Below, one piece after another: positions 33,898 through 45,451 of a stretch of DNA of 64,000 bases (position 1 is its first letter; every line of letters starts with the position of its first letter). The stretch covers positions 1,312,001-1,376,000 of the forward strand of contig OZ219791.1 of assembly GCA_964291215.2 (NCBI GenBank). The letters run 5' to 3'. Position numbers and translations under genes: made by a program. The notes beneath the pieces were generated by a model, which was given only the letters and a program-made list of their open reading frames with translations, made no database searches and was not told where the DNA came from. Source of the stretch: Alphaproteobacteria bacterium (GTDB lineage Bacteria; Pseudomonadota; Alphaproteobacteria; MPNO01; UBA830).

Positions 33898-33921
33898 CCG
33901 GAACGGCCGGCAGCCCGCTGT

Positions 33922-34635
33922 TCACGATGGCGGCGTCTCGTGTTCGACGCCTTCCGGCCACGGCTTCGGAGATGCGGCCGACGGCTTGTTGAGACAGAGC
34001 AGCAACCGCGTGCAGCCGGTGCCCGCGACCGGCGGCGAGCGGTGCACGATTCCGCTGCCCGGTCCGACAAAGCTTCCCTTGAAAACTGCCACATCGTGGA
34101 CCCGGAACCGCTCCAATGGTCCCTTGTATGATTTCTGCTCGCGCAACGCCCGCCCGGCGTCGACCGGCCGGACCCACTCGGTGGCAGGACCGCGGTATGT
34201 CGTCAGGAGGCGGGCCTCCACGCAGTCGCGGTGGAATTTCCAGCAGGCATCGTGGCTGACGCGCTCCAGCCGGACATCGACGAGACCGCTTCGGGCGATC
34301 CCGGCGAACGCCGAGACGAGATCGCCGATATCCCCGAGCAGCAGGTCCCGCATGTCTCCCGCAGGCATACCGCAGTCATCCAGATGTGGTTTCACCGCCT
34401 GTCGAAGGCTGCCCGGCCGGACGAGAACCCGCAGGTCGGGAAGACACGCCGCGTCCATTCGTTCGAGCCAGGCCTGCAAGCGCCGGGGCAGCGCGCGGCG
34501 CCAGATCACGAGTTCCATGCCGGGGTTGCCGATGGCGGCGAGACCTTCCGCTGCATTGCATGTCCCGACGCCCGCACCGAACGCGGCCGGCGCGCCGGCG
34601 AAACCGCCTTCCGGGGATACCGACGGACCGGTCAC
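33922..34635 (-). CDS. DUF1826 domain protein
   Basis: [47 protein letters not shown]; coupled to a COG0523 GTPase. Confidence 0.85.
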   Translation of the reverse strand: MTGPSVSPEGGFAGAPAAFGAGVGTCNAAEGLAAIGNPGMELVIWRRALPRRLQAWLERMDAACLPDLRVLVRPGSLRQAVKPHLDDCGMPAGDMRDLLLGDIGDLVSAFAGIARSGLVDVRLERVSHDACWKFHRDCVEARLLTTYRGPATEWVRPVDAGRALREQKSYKGPLERFRVHDVAVFKGSFVGPGSGIVHRSPPVAGTGCTRLLLCLNKPSAASPKPWPEGVEHETPPS

Positions 34636-35855
34636 GACGGCTCGGCCCGCTTCCAGGCCGGGAACGGGTCCTTCAGCATTTTCCAGACTGCGGGCTGCAT
34701 GGCTTCGGCATCGGCGTCACCGACAAGGCAGGCGTCGAGGTGGTGGCGGATCGCATCCTCGTCCATATCGGTACCGATGAAGACGATTTCCTGGCGGCGG
34801 TCCCCGTAGACGGCGTCCCAGAAGTCGGCGATGTACCGGCGCCATTCTCGGTGGTCAGGCCACCGCTCTTTCGGCACATTCGCCCACCAGAAGCCCACCG
34901 CCTCATGGCGCACAAGGGCGCCGGCCTGGCTCAGCTCGCCGATCCATTCCGGACGGGTGGCCAGCCAGAAATGCCCTTTGGCGCGAATGACTCCCGGCCA
35001 AGAGGAATTGATGAAGGCGTAGAACTTCTCTGGATGGAACGGGCGGCGTTCCCGATATACGAAGCTGCGCACGCCGTATTCCTCCGTCTCCGGCTTATGG
35101 TCCGCAAAGCCGTACAGCTCCTTGAACCAGAGCGGATGTTCCTCGGCCTTGTCGTGGTCGAACCGCCCGGTGTTCAGGACTTTGTCCAGCGGCACGCGCG
35201 ACATGCTGGTTTCGATGAGTTCCGCATCGGGATTGAGCGAGCGGATGATCTTGCGCGCGACATCGAGCCGTTCAGGCGTTGCCGCGTCTATCTTGTTCAG
35301 AACGATGACATCGGCGAACTCGATCTGGTCGACAAGCAGGTTGACCAGCGTGCGGGTGTCCTCCTCGCCCAGAGCCTCGTCGCGGTCCTTGAGGAAGTCG
35401 GTCGAGGCGTAGTCGCGCAAGAGGTTCGCGGCATCGACCACGGTTACCATCGTATCGAGGCGCGAGACATCCTCTAGGCTCTCGCCCTCTTCTGTCCGGA
35501 AGCTGAAGGTGGCCGCCACGGGCAGCGGCTCGGAAATGCCGGTTGATTCGATGAGGAGGTAATCGAACCGGCCGTCCTCCGCGAGTGGTCGCACCTCCTT
35601 GAGAAGGTCGTCGCGCAAGGTGCAGCAGATGCAGCCATTGGTCATCTCGACAAGCGTTTCTTCCGTGCGGCTCAGATCGGCCCCGCCGTCCCGGATGAGG
35701 TCGGCGTCGATGTTGACCTCGCTCATGTCGTTGACGATGACCGCGACGCGCTTGCCTTCACGGTTGTTGAGGATGTGGTTCATCAGGGTAGTCTTGCCGG
35801 CACCGAGGAAGCCGGACAGTACGGTGACGGGAAGGTTCAGTCGTTCCAGGGTCAT
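34632..35855 (-). CDS. zigA: COG0523 zinc metallochaperone GTPase (ZigA/YciC-like)
   Basis: [63 protein letters not shown]. Confidence 0.9.
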   Translation of the reverse strand: MTLERLNLPVTVLSGFLGAGKTTLMNHILNNREGKRVAVIVNDMSEVNIDADLIRDGGADLSRTEETLVEMTNGCICCTLRDDLLKEVRPLAEDGRFDYLLIESTGISEPLPVAATFSFRTEEGESLEDVSRLDTMVTVVDAANLLRDYASTDFLKDRDEALGEEDTRTLVNLLVDQIEFADVIVLNKIDAATPERLDVARKIIRSLNPDAELIETSMSRVPLDKVLNTGRFDHDKAEEHPLWFKELYGFADHKPETEEYGVRSFVYRERRPFHPEKFYAFINSSWPGVIRAKGHFWLATRPEWIGELSQAGALVRHEAVGFWWANVPKERWPDHREWRRYIADFWDAVYGDRRQEIVFIGTDMDEDAIRHHLDACLVGDADAEAMQPAVWKMLKDPFPAWKRAEPS

Positions 35856-35973
35856 GGCAGGCCTCCAGAGCGTGATTACGAGAAGTCGGGGGCGTCACAG
35901 GTGCGGGCGCCGCGTGAAGCCGGGGAAAGCAGCCGGGCTAGCGCCGGAAGCATGAGAGGCGTCTCACCGTCCC

Positions 35974-36445
35974 TCAAAGCTGGATCGGGTTCGGCGCGTC
36001 GCCATAGACGGTCCCGAAATCGAAGGATTTTCGGGATTTCGTGAACACGAGCCGGGCGGGTCCGCCGAGAGGGCCTTCGACCGACCGATAGAAGCAGGAA
36101 CGGTATCCGACGTGGCAACTGGCGCCCGAACCGGAGACCCGGACGCGCAGCCAGACGGCGTCCTGGTCGTCGATGCGTCTCGACAATCTCCTGGACGAGG
36201 CCGCCGGTCGCGCCTTTGCGCCAGAGGCACCGGCGGCTCCAATAATGCGCCTCGCTGGTCGCGATCGTTCGCTGCAGAGCCTCGCCGTTCATGTAGCCCA
36301 GCACTTCGCCCGTGTTCGCGTCGGTCGTGTCGCAGGGGATCAGCCCGTCGGCGTCGAATCTGGGCGCGAGCGCGAGGTCCTGCTTGACCGTGGTACGGGA
36401 CGCGAAGGGGGCGGCGGCGGCTGGAACGGACCTATCAGACGCCAT
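35974..36445 (-). pseudogene. hisI: Phosphoribosyl-AMP cyclohydrolase paralog (frameshifted)
   Basis: RFDADGLIP, YMNGEAL, HYWSR, LWRKG then in another frame [19 protein letters not shown]; Asp-rich in place of the usual DCD. Confidence 0.82.
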
Positions 36446-36510
36446 TTTCGAATCCTCTTCTGCGGCCGCGCCCGGCATTCGGGAGTACTTGGCTGTTGTC
36501 ATGCATAAAA

Positions 36511-36530
36511 GCAATGTTATAACATATATT
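36511..36530. promoter_or_regulatory. Putative Zur box in divergent promoter
   Basis: Palindrome ATGTTATAACAT (36514-36525) in an AT-rich spacer between hisI and the Fur-family gene. Confidence 0.75.
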
Positions 36531-36556
36531 AACTTAGCGCAAGAAGGGACAAGACC

Positions 36557-37063
36557 ATGGCGCCCCAGCCGATCCAATCCCAACCCTGTACCGATCCCGA
36601 CTGCCGCGGGCAGCATTTGCCGGCTGAACAGGTTGCGCTGGCGGTGTTCCTTTGCCGCGCGCGCGGGGTGCCGCTTACGAAGCTACGGCGCCAGGTGCTG
36701 AAACTGCTCTGGGAGAGCGGTCGCCCGACGGGCGCCTATGAACTGATCGAAGCCCTCAAGCTCCGGGACTCCCGCCCGGTCGGGCCGCCTACCGTCTACC
36801 GGACGCTTCAGTTCCTGATATCCCAAGGGCTCGTCTCGAAGATTGAAAGCCGGAATGCTTACGTCGCCTGCGCGCATCCGGAGCGCCGGCATGACAGCCT
36901 GTTTTTCGTCTGCAACGACTGCGGAGCGGCGGCCGAACGGGAGGATTTGCGGGGCGAGCGGCTGCTTGCCGAGAATGCCGCCGTCCTCGGGTACTGCGTG
37001 ATGCGGCTCGTGGTCGAGGTGGAGGGTACCTGCGCGAGTTGCATCGCGGCCGGCGCGGCCTAA
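36557..37063 (+). CDS. zur: Fur-family regulator, Zur-like
   Basis: LTKLRRQVL, GAYELI, PPTVYRTLQFL, SKIESRNAYVAC, CNDC and CASC. Confidence 0.82.
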   Translation: MAPQPIQSQPCTDPDCRGQHLPAEQVALAVFLCRARGVPLTKLRRQVLKLLWESGRPTGAYELIEALKLRDSRPVGPPTVYRTLQFLISQGLVSKIESRNAYVACAHPERRHDSLFFVCNDCGAAAEREDLRGERLLAENAAVLGYCVMRLVVEVEGTCASCIAAGAA

Positions 37064-37083
37064 GCGGAAAAGAGGGGCGCGCC

Positions 37084-38229
37084 GTGGAAAGCCGGACTCC
37101 CGATGGATCGTCGCAGCGTCTGCCGGTCTCGGTGCTGACCGGCTTCCTTGGCAGCGGCAAGACAACCGTGCTCAACCATCTGATCCGGCAACCCGCAATG
37201 AGCCGGACACTCGTGCTCATCAACGAGTTCGGCGAGATCGGCCTCGACCACGACCTCGTGACACACAGCAAGGACGATGTCGTCGTCGAGATGTCGAGCT
37301 GCTGCCTCTGCTGCACCATACGGGGCGATCTTGCCAAGACCCTGCGCGAGGCCCCCGGATGCCTTGCGCGCGGGGGCGGACCACTGTTCGACCGGGTGGT
37401 TATCGAGACCACCGGGCTCGCTGATCCGGCGCCGATTCTTCATACACTGATGACCGAACCGGCTGTCGCGCGGCGCTATCGCCTGGACGGAGTTATCTCC
37501 ACAGCCGATGCGGTCAATGGCGAGGACACGCTTGATCGTCAGATCGAGCCGGTCAAGCAGGCGGCAATGGCCGATCTCCTGCTGATCACGAAAACTGATC
37601 TCGTCGACCTCGATGTTCTGCGCCGACTGCAGGGACGTCTGCGGAAACTCAATCCAGCCGCCCCGCAGATCATCGCAGAGAACGGTGCTGTCGATCCGGG
37701 TTTGCTGTTCGATGCCGGTCTCTACGACCCGAAAACCAAGAGCCTCGACGTGCAGAAGTGGCTCAAGGCGGAAGCCTATGCCGAGCCGCACGATCATGAA
37801 CACGGAACGGCTGACCACGGCCACACCCACGAACACCATGACGTCAATCGCCATGACGCTCACATCAGGGCTGTCTGCCTCACGATCGATGAGCCGATCC
37901 ACGGCAATGCGCTCGAACTCTGGCTCGAAACACTGCTCCTGCTTCGGGGCGCGGACCTTCTGCGCATCAAGGGGATCATCAATGTGGTCGATCTCGAAGG
38001 ACCGGTCGTCATTCACGGCGTTCAGCACGTCTTTCACCCGGCGGTCACGCTCAGGGAGTGGCCGAGCGGAGATCGTCGCTCCCAAATCGTCTTCATCACT
38101 CGCAACATCGACGAGTCGCTCCTGCACGACACGCTGCGGAAGTTCAACGCCGCCTCGGTCCAGTCTCCGAGTCCCCTTCCGGTTGACAGCCGTGACCGCT
38201 CTATCGCCATGTTGGAGACGCGACGATGA
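37084..38229 (+). CDS. COG0523/CobW-family GTPase with His-rich insert
   Basis: [53 protein letters not shown]. Confidence 0.92.
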   Translation: MESRTPDGSSQRLPVSVLTGFLGSGKTTVLNHLIRQPAMSRTLVLINEFGEIGLDHDLVTHSKDDVVVEMSSCCLCCTIRGDLAKTLREAPGCLARGGGPLFDRVVIETTGLADPAPILHTLMTEPAVARRYRLDGVISTADAVNGEDTLDRQIEPVKQAAMADLLLITKTDLVDLDVLRRLQGRLRKLNPAAPQIIAENGAVDPGLLFDAGLYDPKTKSLDVQKWLKAEAYAEPHDHEHGTADHGHTHEHHDVNRHDAHIRAVCLTIDEPIHGNALELWLETLLLLRGADLLRIKGIINVVDLEGPVVIHGVQHVFHPAVTLREWPSGDRRSQIVFITRNIDESLLHDTLRKFNAASVQSPSPLPVDSRDRSIAMLETRR

Positions 38230-39608
38230 CCTTGCGCCTTGTCAATACACTCACCCGGACGAAAGAGCCGGTTTCTCCGGTGAACCCCGATCACGTCTCG
38301 ATATATGTCTGCGGGCCAACCGTCTACGACTTCGCCCACATCGGCAATGCCCGCCCGGCAGTCGTATTCGACGTTCTCTATCGTTTGTTGAAGCGGCGCT
38401 TCGGGAGTGTCGTCTACGCGCGCAATTTCACCGATGTCGACGACAAAATCAACGCCGCTGCGAAGGAGGCCGGCCAGCCGATCGCTGCCGTCACGGAACG
38501 CTACATCATGGCCTACCGTGCCGACATGACCGCGCTCGGAGTCCTGACGCCGGATCTTGAACCGCGCGTGACGGAGCACATTCCCGAGATCATCGGCATG
38601 GTGGAACGGTTGATCGCGCGTGGTCATGCCTATGCGGTCGAGGGGCATGTCCTGTTCCACGTGCCCTCGTACTCAGCCTACGGAGCCCTGTCGGGCCGCA
38701 AGCGTGTCGAGATGAACGCCGGCGCCAGGGTCGAGGTCGCACCCTACAAGCGAGATCCGGCGGACTTCGTCCTCTGGAAGCCCTCGACCCCGGACCTCCC
38801 GGGCTGGGGGAGTCCTTGGGGTCGCGGGCGACCCGGCTGGCATATCGAATGTTCGGCCATGATCGAGCGGCGCCTAGGTGCAACAATTGACATTCATGGA
38901 GGCGGTCAGGATCTGATCTTTCCGCACCATGAGAACGAGATCGCCCAGGGCACCTGCGTCCACGACGGAGAGCTCTACTGCCGTCATTGGGTCCACAACG
39001 GTTTCGTCAACGTCGAGGGGCGAAAAATGTCGAAGTCGCTCGGCAACGTGCTTCTTGTCCGTGATCTCCTCAGGCAAGCGCCCGGTGAAGCCATTCGCCT
39101 TGCGCTTCTGGGTGCGCACTATCGCCAGCCGCTCGGCTGGAGCGCGGACGGACTCGCCCAAGCGAAGCGCGGCCTTGATCGTCTCTATGGAACGCTTCGC
39201 AGTCTCGGAGATGCTCCCGCTGTGGTCTGTCCGCTCGGCCTGCTCGATGCGTTCGAGGCGGCCCTTGAGGACGATCTGAACTTCCCGGGAGCCATCGCTG
39301 AACTCTTCCGTTTGGCGAAGGCGGCGCGCCAGGCGGCGACCGCAGCGGACCGTGCCGCCCACAAGGCGGCCTTGCGCAACGCCGGCGGCCTGCTGGGCCT
39401 GTTGCAGGAGGAGCCGGCAGCCTGGTTCGGACAGACCGCGGGAGAAGACGAGGTCACGGCACGAGTCCAGCGTCTGGTTGAGGCGCGGTCGGCCGCCCGG
39501 TCGGCACGAGACTACGCCACCGCGGACTGCATCCGCGCCGAAATCGCTTCGCTTGGCATGACCGTCGAGGACCGCGCCGACGGTTCAGCCTGGCGGAGGA
39601 CCGGTTAG
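38226..39608 (+). CDS. cysS: Cysteine--tRNA ligase (probably a second, Zur-regulated copy)
   Basis: [40 protein letters not shown]. Confidence 0.95.
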   Translation: MTLRLVNTLTRTKEPVSPVNPDHVSIYVCGPTVYDFAHIGNARPAVVFDVLYRLLKRRFGSVVYARNFTDVDDKINAAAKEAGQPIAAVTERYIMAYRADMTALGVLTPDLEPRVTEHIPEIIGMVERLIARGHAYAVEGHVLFHVPSYSAYGALSGRKRVEMNAGARVEVAPYKRDPADFVLWKPSTPDLPGWGSPWGRGRPGWHIECSAMIERRLGATIDIHGGGQDLIFPHHENEIAQGTCVHDGELYCRHWVHNGFVNVEGRKMSKSLGNVLLVRDLLRQAPGEAIRLALLGAHYRQPLGWSADGLAQAKRGLDRLYGTLRSLGDAPAVVCPLGLLDAFEAALEDDLNFPGAIAELFRLAKAARQAATAADRAAHKAALRNAGGLLGLLQEEPAAWFGQTAGEDEVTARVQRLVEARSAARSARDYATADCIRAEIASLGMTVEDRADGSAWRRTG

Positions 39609-40076
39609 ATGGAGGTTCCTCTACAAGCGGGATCCGCACCGACGGAGACCGTCGCGGATGTCCAGCAATCCATCGTGGACAGCTTCCGGTATCTCGAAAA
39701 TTGGACGGAGCGCTACCAGTATCTGATCGAACTGGGTCGCCGGCTGCCGCCATTTCCGGAGACGAAGTGGATCGAGGCCAACAGGCTGCAGGGCTGTCAG
39801 GCCGGAGTCTGGTTCGTCGCCGAGTACCGCAACGGCAAGCTCGATTTCAGGGCGACAAGCCACTCTGCCATCGTCGCCGGGCTCATCGCCCTGCTGCTTA
39901 AGGTCTATTCAGGGCGTCAGCCCGATCAGGTCTTGGCGGCCTCGCCGGCATTCATCGACGAGATCGGTCTCGCCGAGCACCTTTCGCCGCATCGGGCTAA
40001 CTGTCTCTTGCTCGCGCGCATTCGCATGTTCGCCATGGCGCATGCTCCGGGCAACTCTGCCGGGGGAGGTGCATGA
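39609..40076 (+). CDS. sufE: SufE family Fe-S protein
   Basis: WTERYQYLIELGRRLP, GCQAGVW, AIVAGL, GLAEHLSPHRAN. Confidence 0.85.
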   Translation: MEVPLQAGSAPTETVADVQQSIVDSFRYLENWTERYQYLIELGRRLPPFPETKWIEANRLQGCQAGVWFVAEYRNGKLDFRATSHSAIVAGLIALLLKVYSGRQPDQVLAASPAFIDEIGLAEHLSPHRANCLLLARIRMFAMAHAPGNSAGGGA

Positions 40077-40543
40077 TGGATCGCAAGCTGTACCACGAAC
40101 GGATCTTGCAGCTTGCCGCATCGATATCCCGGGTAGGCCGGCTGGCGGCTCCCGACGCGTCGGCAACCGTACGCAGTCGACTTTGCGGCAGCCGGATCAC
40201 CGTCGATCTCAAACTCGATGGCGATGTCATCACCGACTACGCCCACGAGATCAGGACCTGTGCTATCGGGAAAGCGGTCGCTTCCGTCGTCGCCGGGGTC
40301 GTTGTTGGCCTGACCGTCGACGAGGTGGACGAGGGCGCGAGGATTCTGAGTGCCATTCTTCGGGACAAGACGCTCCCGCCGCCGGGATCCTGGGTCGAAC
40401 TCGAACTATTCCTGCCGGTGGCGGACTTCCGCAGCCGCCATGACTCGGCGTCGCTTCCTTTCCAGGCGCTGCAGCGCGCAATTGCGGAGGCTGGCCCCAG
40501 GCAGCAGCGATCTGCCGCGGTCAGCTCCGGGCAGGTGGTATAG
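40073..40543 (+). CDS. NifU_N/IscU-like Fe-S scaffold protein
   Basis: [33 protein letters not shown] (third Cys absent). Confidence 0.8.
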   Translation: MMDRKLYHERILQLAASISRVGRLAAPDASATVRSRLCGSRITVDLKLDGDVITDYAHEIRTCAIGKAVASVVAGVVVGLTVDEVDEGARILSAILRDKTLPPPGSWVELELFLPVADFRSRHDSASLPFQALQRAIAEAGPRQQRSAAVSSGQVV

Positions 40544-40545
40544 AC

Positions 40546-40803
40546 ATGACCAAACTCCCCTCCCTGGGCCTGATCCTGCTCATCCGTGCCTATCAGTATC
40601 TGTTGTCGCTGCTGCTTGGTTCCAACTGCCGCTTTATGCCGAGCTGTTCGGCCTATGCCATCGAAGCCTTGCGGCAGCACGGCCTCGTCCGCGGCGGCTG
40701 GTTGACAGTCGGCCGCCTGTTACGCTGTCACCCTTGGCATCCGGGCGGCCTGGACCCGGTATCGCCTGCAAAGGCGCGGCGAGGGAGAGCGTCGTTTCGA
40801 TGA
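40546..40803 (+). CDS. yidD: Membrane protein insertion efficiency factor YidD-like
   Basis: [32 protein letters not shown]. Confidence 0.88.
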   Translation: MTKLPSLGLILLIRAYQYLLSLLLGSNCRFMPSCSAYAIEALRQHGLVRGGWLTVGRLLRCHPWHPGGLDPVSPAKARRGRASFR

Positions 40804-41359
40804 TCCGCAGAAATCCGCGCGGCGACATGCCGGTCGTCCATGAGAGCGCGTTTGTCGACCCCACTGCCATTCTCTGCAGTCGCGTGATCGTAAACGGAAG
40901 TGTCTTCATCGGACCCTATGCGGTGATCCGTGCCGACGAAGTCGATGCAGAAGGCCATATGGAGGCCATCGTCATCGGTGCGCATTCGAACATTCGGGAT
41001 GGCGTGGTCATCCAGTCCAAGTCCGGCGCGGAGTTACCGTCGGCGAGCGGACTTCGATCGCATATCGCGCGATTGTCCACGGCCTCTGCACGGTGGGCGA
41101 CGGTGTTTTCATCGGCTTTAACAGCGTGCTCTTCAACTGCGCTGTGGGTGAAGGCTGTGTTGTGAAGCACAACTCGGTGGTCGATGGCCGTGACCTGCCA
41201 CCCGGTTTCCTCGTCCCCTCGACACAGCGCATCGGACCCCGCACCGATCTCGTCGCCATCCCGAAGGTCACGGCCGATGCCTCCGAGTTCTCGGAGGATG
41301 TCGTGCGCACCAACAACTCTCTCGTCCAAGGATGCAAGCGCCTTGAGGGGGAGTTTTGA
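40800..41359 (+). pseudogene. Gamma-class carbonic anhydrase (frameshifted)
   Basis: [43 protein letters not shown], continuing in another frame as GDGVFIGFNSVLFNC; shift near 41030. Confidence 0.82.
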
Positions 41360-41440
41360 ACATGCGTGCCGTCCTCATCTTCAGGCCGTTCTTATGATCC
41401 AGATCGCGCTGCCTGACGGCGCCCACCTTACAGAGCGCGC

Positions 41441-42025
41441 GTAAGCTCGCTGAGAGAGACCTTCTGCCAGTCGTCGGCGTCGAAGTTTTCCGGCGCGAAC
41501 CATTGGGCGTGGACTTCGCGGATGGCGGCCATTTTTCGCCAGTCAGCGAGAACCAGGCCGTGTTGCGGTTCCGGCCCTTGACGATTAGGTGGTGGAGGAA
41601 AGGTCCTCGTAGCGGAAGCCGAGGCGGAGTGCCGCCGCGCGCGAGCCGGCGTTCAGCGCGTTGCACTTCCATTCGAGCCGCCGGTAGTCGCGCGTCTCCA
41701 GCACATGGTGCATCATCAGCGAGAGCACTTCCGTCGCGCGGATGTCACGCCCGAACCAGATATTGCCGATCTCGCCGACGTCGGCGGCCTGCCTGATCTC
41801 CATGAAGCTGCCCATGCCGCCCGGCGCGCCCGTGGCCCGGTCGCGATAGACCATGAAGAAGTGGGTCCTTCGACGCGGCGCAGCCGGTGAGCCATTCATG
41901 CGCGGCCTCCACGCTGGCGAACGGGCCTTAGCCGAGACAGTCCCGGATGCGGTCCGGCTCCTCGCCCTCGATCCCGGCGGCGTGCTGTCGGGAGTCGGAC
42001 AAGGGGTTGCAGGTGTATGTGAAGC
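41441..42025 (-). pseudogene. RimJ/RimL-type GNAT acetyltransferase remnant
   Basis: GEIGNIWF, YRRLEWKCNALNAGSRAAALRLGFRYE, KGRNRNTAWFS across frames; boundaries approximate. Confidence 0.78.
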
Positions 42026-42099
42026 CGCTGTCGGCGGACTGGCGGGAGGCTCTCGGGCGGGCGCCGGACCGAGTGATCGGTTCAGGCCCGCCTCTCGCG

Positions 42100-42360
42100 T
42101 CGGGGAAGGATGCGACATGGCGGAGTACGGACGGAGCGTGCACAGCGACATGCGCAAGCGTCTTGTCACGATAGGCGATGCTTGGTGCGGTCGTCCGGAT
42201 GCGCCGCTGCCGGTGATCTTTCCCGGCGAGGCGGAGCAGCTTACAGGTTCCTGTCGAACCTGAGGATCGGTATGCAAGACATCCTTATTGGACATCGTCG
42301 CGGAGAAAACGATCGACATCGCGGCCTGTGGCGCCCCCGGACGCGCAAGGGGCGCACGAA
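42100..42360 (+). mobile_element. IS4 (IS50-like) transposase N-terminal remnant
   Basis: DMRKRLVTI..PDAPLP..AAYRFLSN..ILIGH; boundaries approximate. Confidence 0.5.
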
Positions 42361-42409
42361 CGTCAAGCTACGGGCCGGTCTCGTTGACTTCGTCCCGCCC
42401 TGGGACAAT

Positions 42410-42830
42410 CCTTACTACGTACCATCGCATGGCCGCTCTCCGCGACCAGTTGCGACACCTTCCTCAGCACGTTCGGCGTCAGCTGGCTCACGTTGTCCAC
42501 CGCCGTCTGATGCTCGTAGCGTGTGTCGTCCGAGATGTGACCTAGGGACTTGCGAACCGTCTTGTTCACCAGCTCGTGCAGGTGATCGAAGTCATACCTC
42601 GGGCCCTGCTTCAGGACACCGGGATCTTCCACAGCGCCGGGACGCCCTTTCGTGTGGGACACTCCGGGAAGGATCCCCTCCTCCAGGATCTCAGACAGCC
42701 GGGTCGACGGGTCGGCGTACACGTGCTGAATCCCGCGCAGCGGGATGTTGTTCCGCGAGTTCTCGTTGAGATCGATCTCCTCGATCGCAACCTGTCCCAA
42801 TTCCAACTGAGGGCGGATGACATCTCGCAT
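42410..42830 (-). mobile_element. ISNCY/IS5-like transposase N-terminal remnant
   Basis: PQLELGQVAI, LRGIQHVY, GRPG, GVLKQG, DFDHLHEL, DNVSQLTP. Confidence 0.6.
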
Positions 42831-42982
42831 GGCAATTCTCGCGAAGTTTCCCGAAAATCCGGTTGATTCTCGGTCAAACCAGCCGATTCCCGCCCCAAAG
42901 CGGGATTCTCCGCCTCACCTATACCACGATTCAGGCATTTAAGTCAAATGGTTGTGCCTTTTCGTGCGGGCGCTAAATCGGG

Positions 42983-43107
42983 GTAAGCGTTTGGTCACGG
43001 GCTGATTGTTGGTGATCATAACCGGTCGAGGATGCGTTTTGTCGGCAGATTGTCAGAAGGCTCGGAACCGACCAGAATCAGTCGTCACCGCGTGACCGAA
43101 CGCTTAC
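42983..43107. mobile_element. 125-bp IS66-type MITE (inverted relative to 32817)
   Basis: GTAAGCGTTTGGTCAC ... GTGACCGAACGCTTAC; flanks AAATCGGG / AACTCGGG. Confidence 0.85.
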
Positions 43108-43379
43108 AACTCGGGTTGCCTTTAGTTCTCGCTTCAGCTGCTTCGCCTTTCGGCGAACCGCCTTCACCTCCGCACGGGTCGCCTTGAGATGGTGTTCCAG
43201 CGCCTCCGCTCGGATTCGCCTCGTAAAGCGCATGCCAGTCAGGCTCCTCGCAGGGCCCAGACAGCAGACACTGGCCCTCTCCCATCAGCGGCCGTGCCGC
43301 CCCGTGTGTCTCCTCGAAAGGCTCCATGGCCTCGACAATAGATGAGGCCAATTTTTTCCTAATTCCCACTCAAACTAAG

Positions 43380-44577
43380 CCCCCGTTCCATAGTGAAGTG
43401 CAACACATGATGGGCTGTGGCCATGTGTTTTTAGACGCATGATGTTGCGGAGCTGTCCAGCAGCGGCGAGAGTTCCTGTACAAGATGGAGGGAGCTTGTT
43501 CATGTCCAAAGGCTACCGTCACCTACGAAGAGCGATGCCAGATTGAGGCAGAAAAGCGGTCTTTCACAAGGTGCGATTGCTCGGCAGCTGGGCCGATCAA
43601 CAATTTTCCGGGAAATCAAACGCAACACCGGGGGATGGGGTTACCGTCACAAGCAGGCGCAAAGGATGGCAGAAACGCAGGGCCGCCTCGTCTGTTTCCT
43701 GGCGGTTGACGCCTCGGGTTGAAGCTCAGAAAAAGCTGCGGGAGGGCCCTGAGCAGATCAGCGGCCGTTTTCGACTGGAGGGTCGTGGGTCGGCAACGGA
43801 TCTATGATCGCATTCATGAAGATCGGAGAGCTGGGGGCGCCTTGTGGAAGAAGCTTCGGCGGCGCGGCAAGAAGCCGAACTGGAAGGGCGGATGCCATTC
43901 CGGCCGGGTGGACATTTCCGAGCGCCCTGCGGTCGTTGAGGCAAAGGAACGGATCGGCGACTGGGAGCCATCATCGGCAAAGCTCACAGTGGAGCTGTCG
44001 TGTCGCTCGTGCCACGAAATACACCTTGCTGGGTGGACAGAAAGACACGGTTGGTATGATCCGCCTGCTCGGCTCTGGTGCGCTATTGGTCCACACAATC
44101 ACAACGGCAAGGAGTTCGCAGACCACAGGCGTGTCGCACTTGACGCAGATTTCTTCTTCGCCTTTCCATTCTTGGGAGCGCGGCTTGAATGAGCACACCA
44201 ATGGCCTGGTGCGGGAGTACTTCCCGAAGGGCGCGGACTTTCGCGCGACATGCAACGAAGATGTTCAGAAGGTGCGGCTCAACACTCGGAAAGTCCTGGG
44301 ATCGCCGACGGAGGTAATCTTGAAGTGAAACCGCCCTGACCATCTGCGTTCCGCAGCCGCAACGTGCAGCAGGGTCCATGCCGCGCGACGGGGAAATAGT
44401 GGCTTGAAGCCGACAAAGGCGTTGCATAAGCTTGATGTTGAAGGAACTGAAGCTGTTCCCAGGCGGAATCGAGAGGGGCAGAGGGGAAAAATTTGCGCAA
44501 CCCGGCCCTCATCTCCGTTCGGGCTACGCCCTCACTGCGATGAGGGCCGGGTGTTGCACTTCAGACTGGAAGTGGGG
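43380..44577 (+). mobile_element. IS30-family element copy B (degenerate)
   Basis: Same IRs and frameshifted transposase as copy A. Confidence 0.92.
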
Positions 44578-45420
44578 AACGTATCTTGGGCAGCCTTTCC
44601 GGCATTGGCGGGGTTCTGAGCGCGATAACCTCGGGATGAGGTCGGGCAGACCGAAACGACGACGTTATTCGAACTCAGCCAGATAGCGCTGCGCATACTT
44701 GGGGCGAACCGCATGATTAGGTGCCACGCGCTCTTGACGTTGCCGAGAAGCGCGTTGACCCATCGAAACTCGGAATACTCGACGGCGGCTCGCCCGCTGC
44801 CGACCACGACCTTGGCGTGAGCGCAGCCGGCTGCGCTCACGCCGTTGAAGTACGTCAGGCCGTCAGACACGACTCGCGCCCAGGCGGCGATTTCGGTGCG
44901 CCGGAAGCCCTTGACGACGGTGAGCTTCACCCGTTGAGGGTGTCCAGCCTCTCGACGGCGGCGACGAACGGTGCCTTGCGCCCCCCGACCGCGCCACCGC
45001 TGCGCTCGCCGCAGGCGTCCGACCCATCCGGTGAGTGGGTGGGGGCACCCCATCATCACCTGCATCAGCTTGTGGCGCATGCGGCGTTGTAGGAGATGTC
45101 CAGATGACGGTGCAGCCTCATCGCCGAGATGCCCTTCTTGTCCTGGGTCATGAAGTAGATTCCGAGGAACCACACCGTCAAAGGCAGCTTGGTAGCCTCG
45201 AAGATGGTGCCCGCGGTAATCGAGGTCTGGCGATGGCACTGCTGGAGCTTGCGGGTGGTCAGTTAGCAGGCGCGGTCATTGGCCGCAATGCGGGCACACG
45301 AAGCCGTTCGGTCACCGCCAGCGATACAGGGCGTCGAAGCACTGGTCTTCGGTGCCGTAGCGGGAGAGGAACTGGTTGAGGCTGATGTCTCTCTGGAACT
45401 GTACTAGGTCGCGCACCATG
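44578..45420 (-). mobile_element. IS1595-family transposase remnant
   Basis: VQFQRDISLNQFLSRYGTEDQCFDALYRWR, FVCPHC, VVSDGL, FRWVNALLGNVKS. Confidence 0.8.
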
Positions 45421-45451
45421 AAAACATTCATATTTTCCAATAAATTACTTT

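Noticed and set aside
43085-43369. 94-aa ORF between the MITE and IS30 copy B
   Set aside because: No recognisable motif and it ends inside the MITE; probably a gene fragment.
44501-44550. Palindrome CCGGCCCTCAT..ATGAGGGCCGG as an independent REP or ncRNA
   Set aside because: It occurs only within IS30 copies A and B as a subterminal hairpin and is deleted in copy C.
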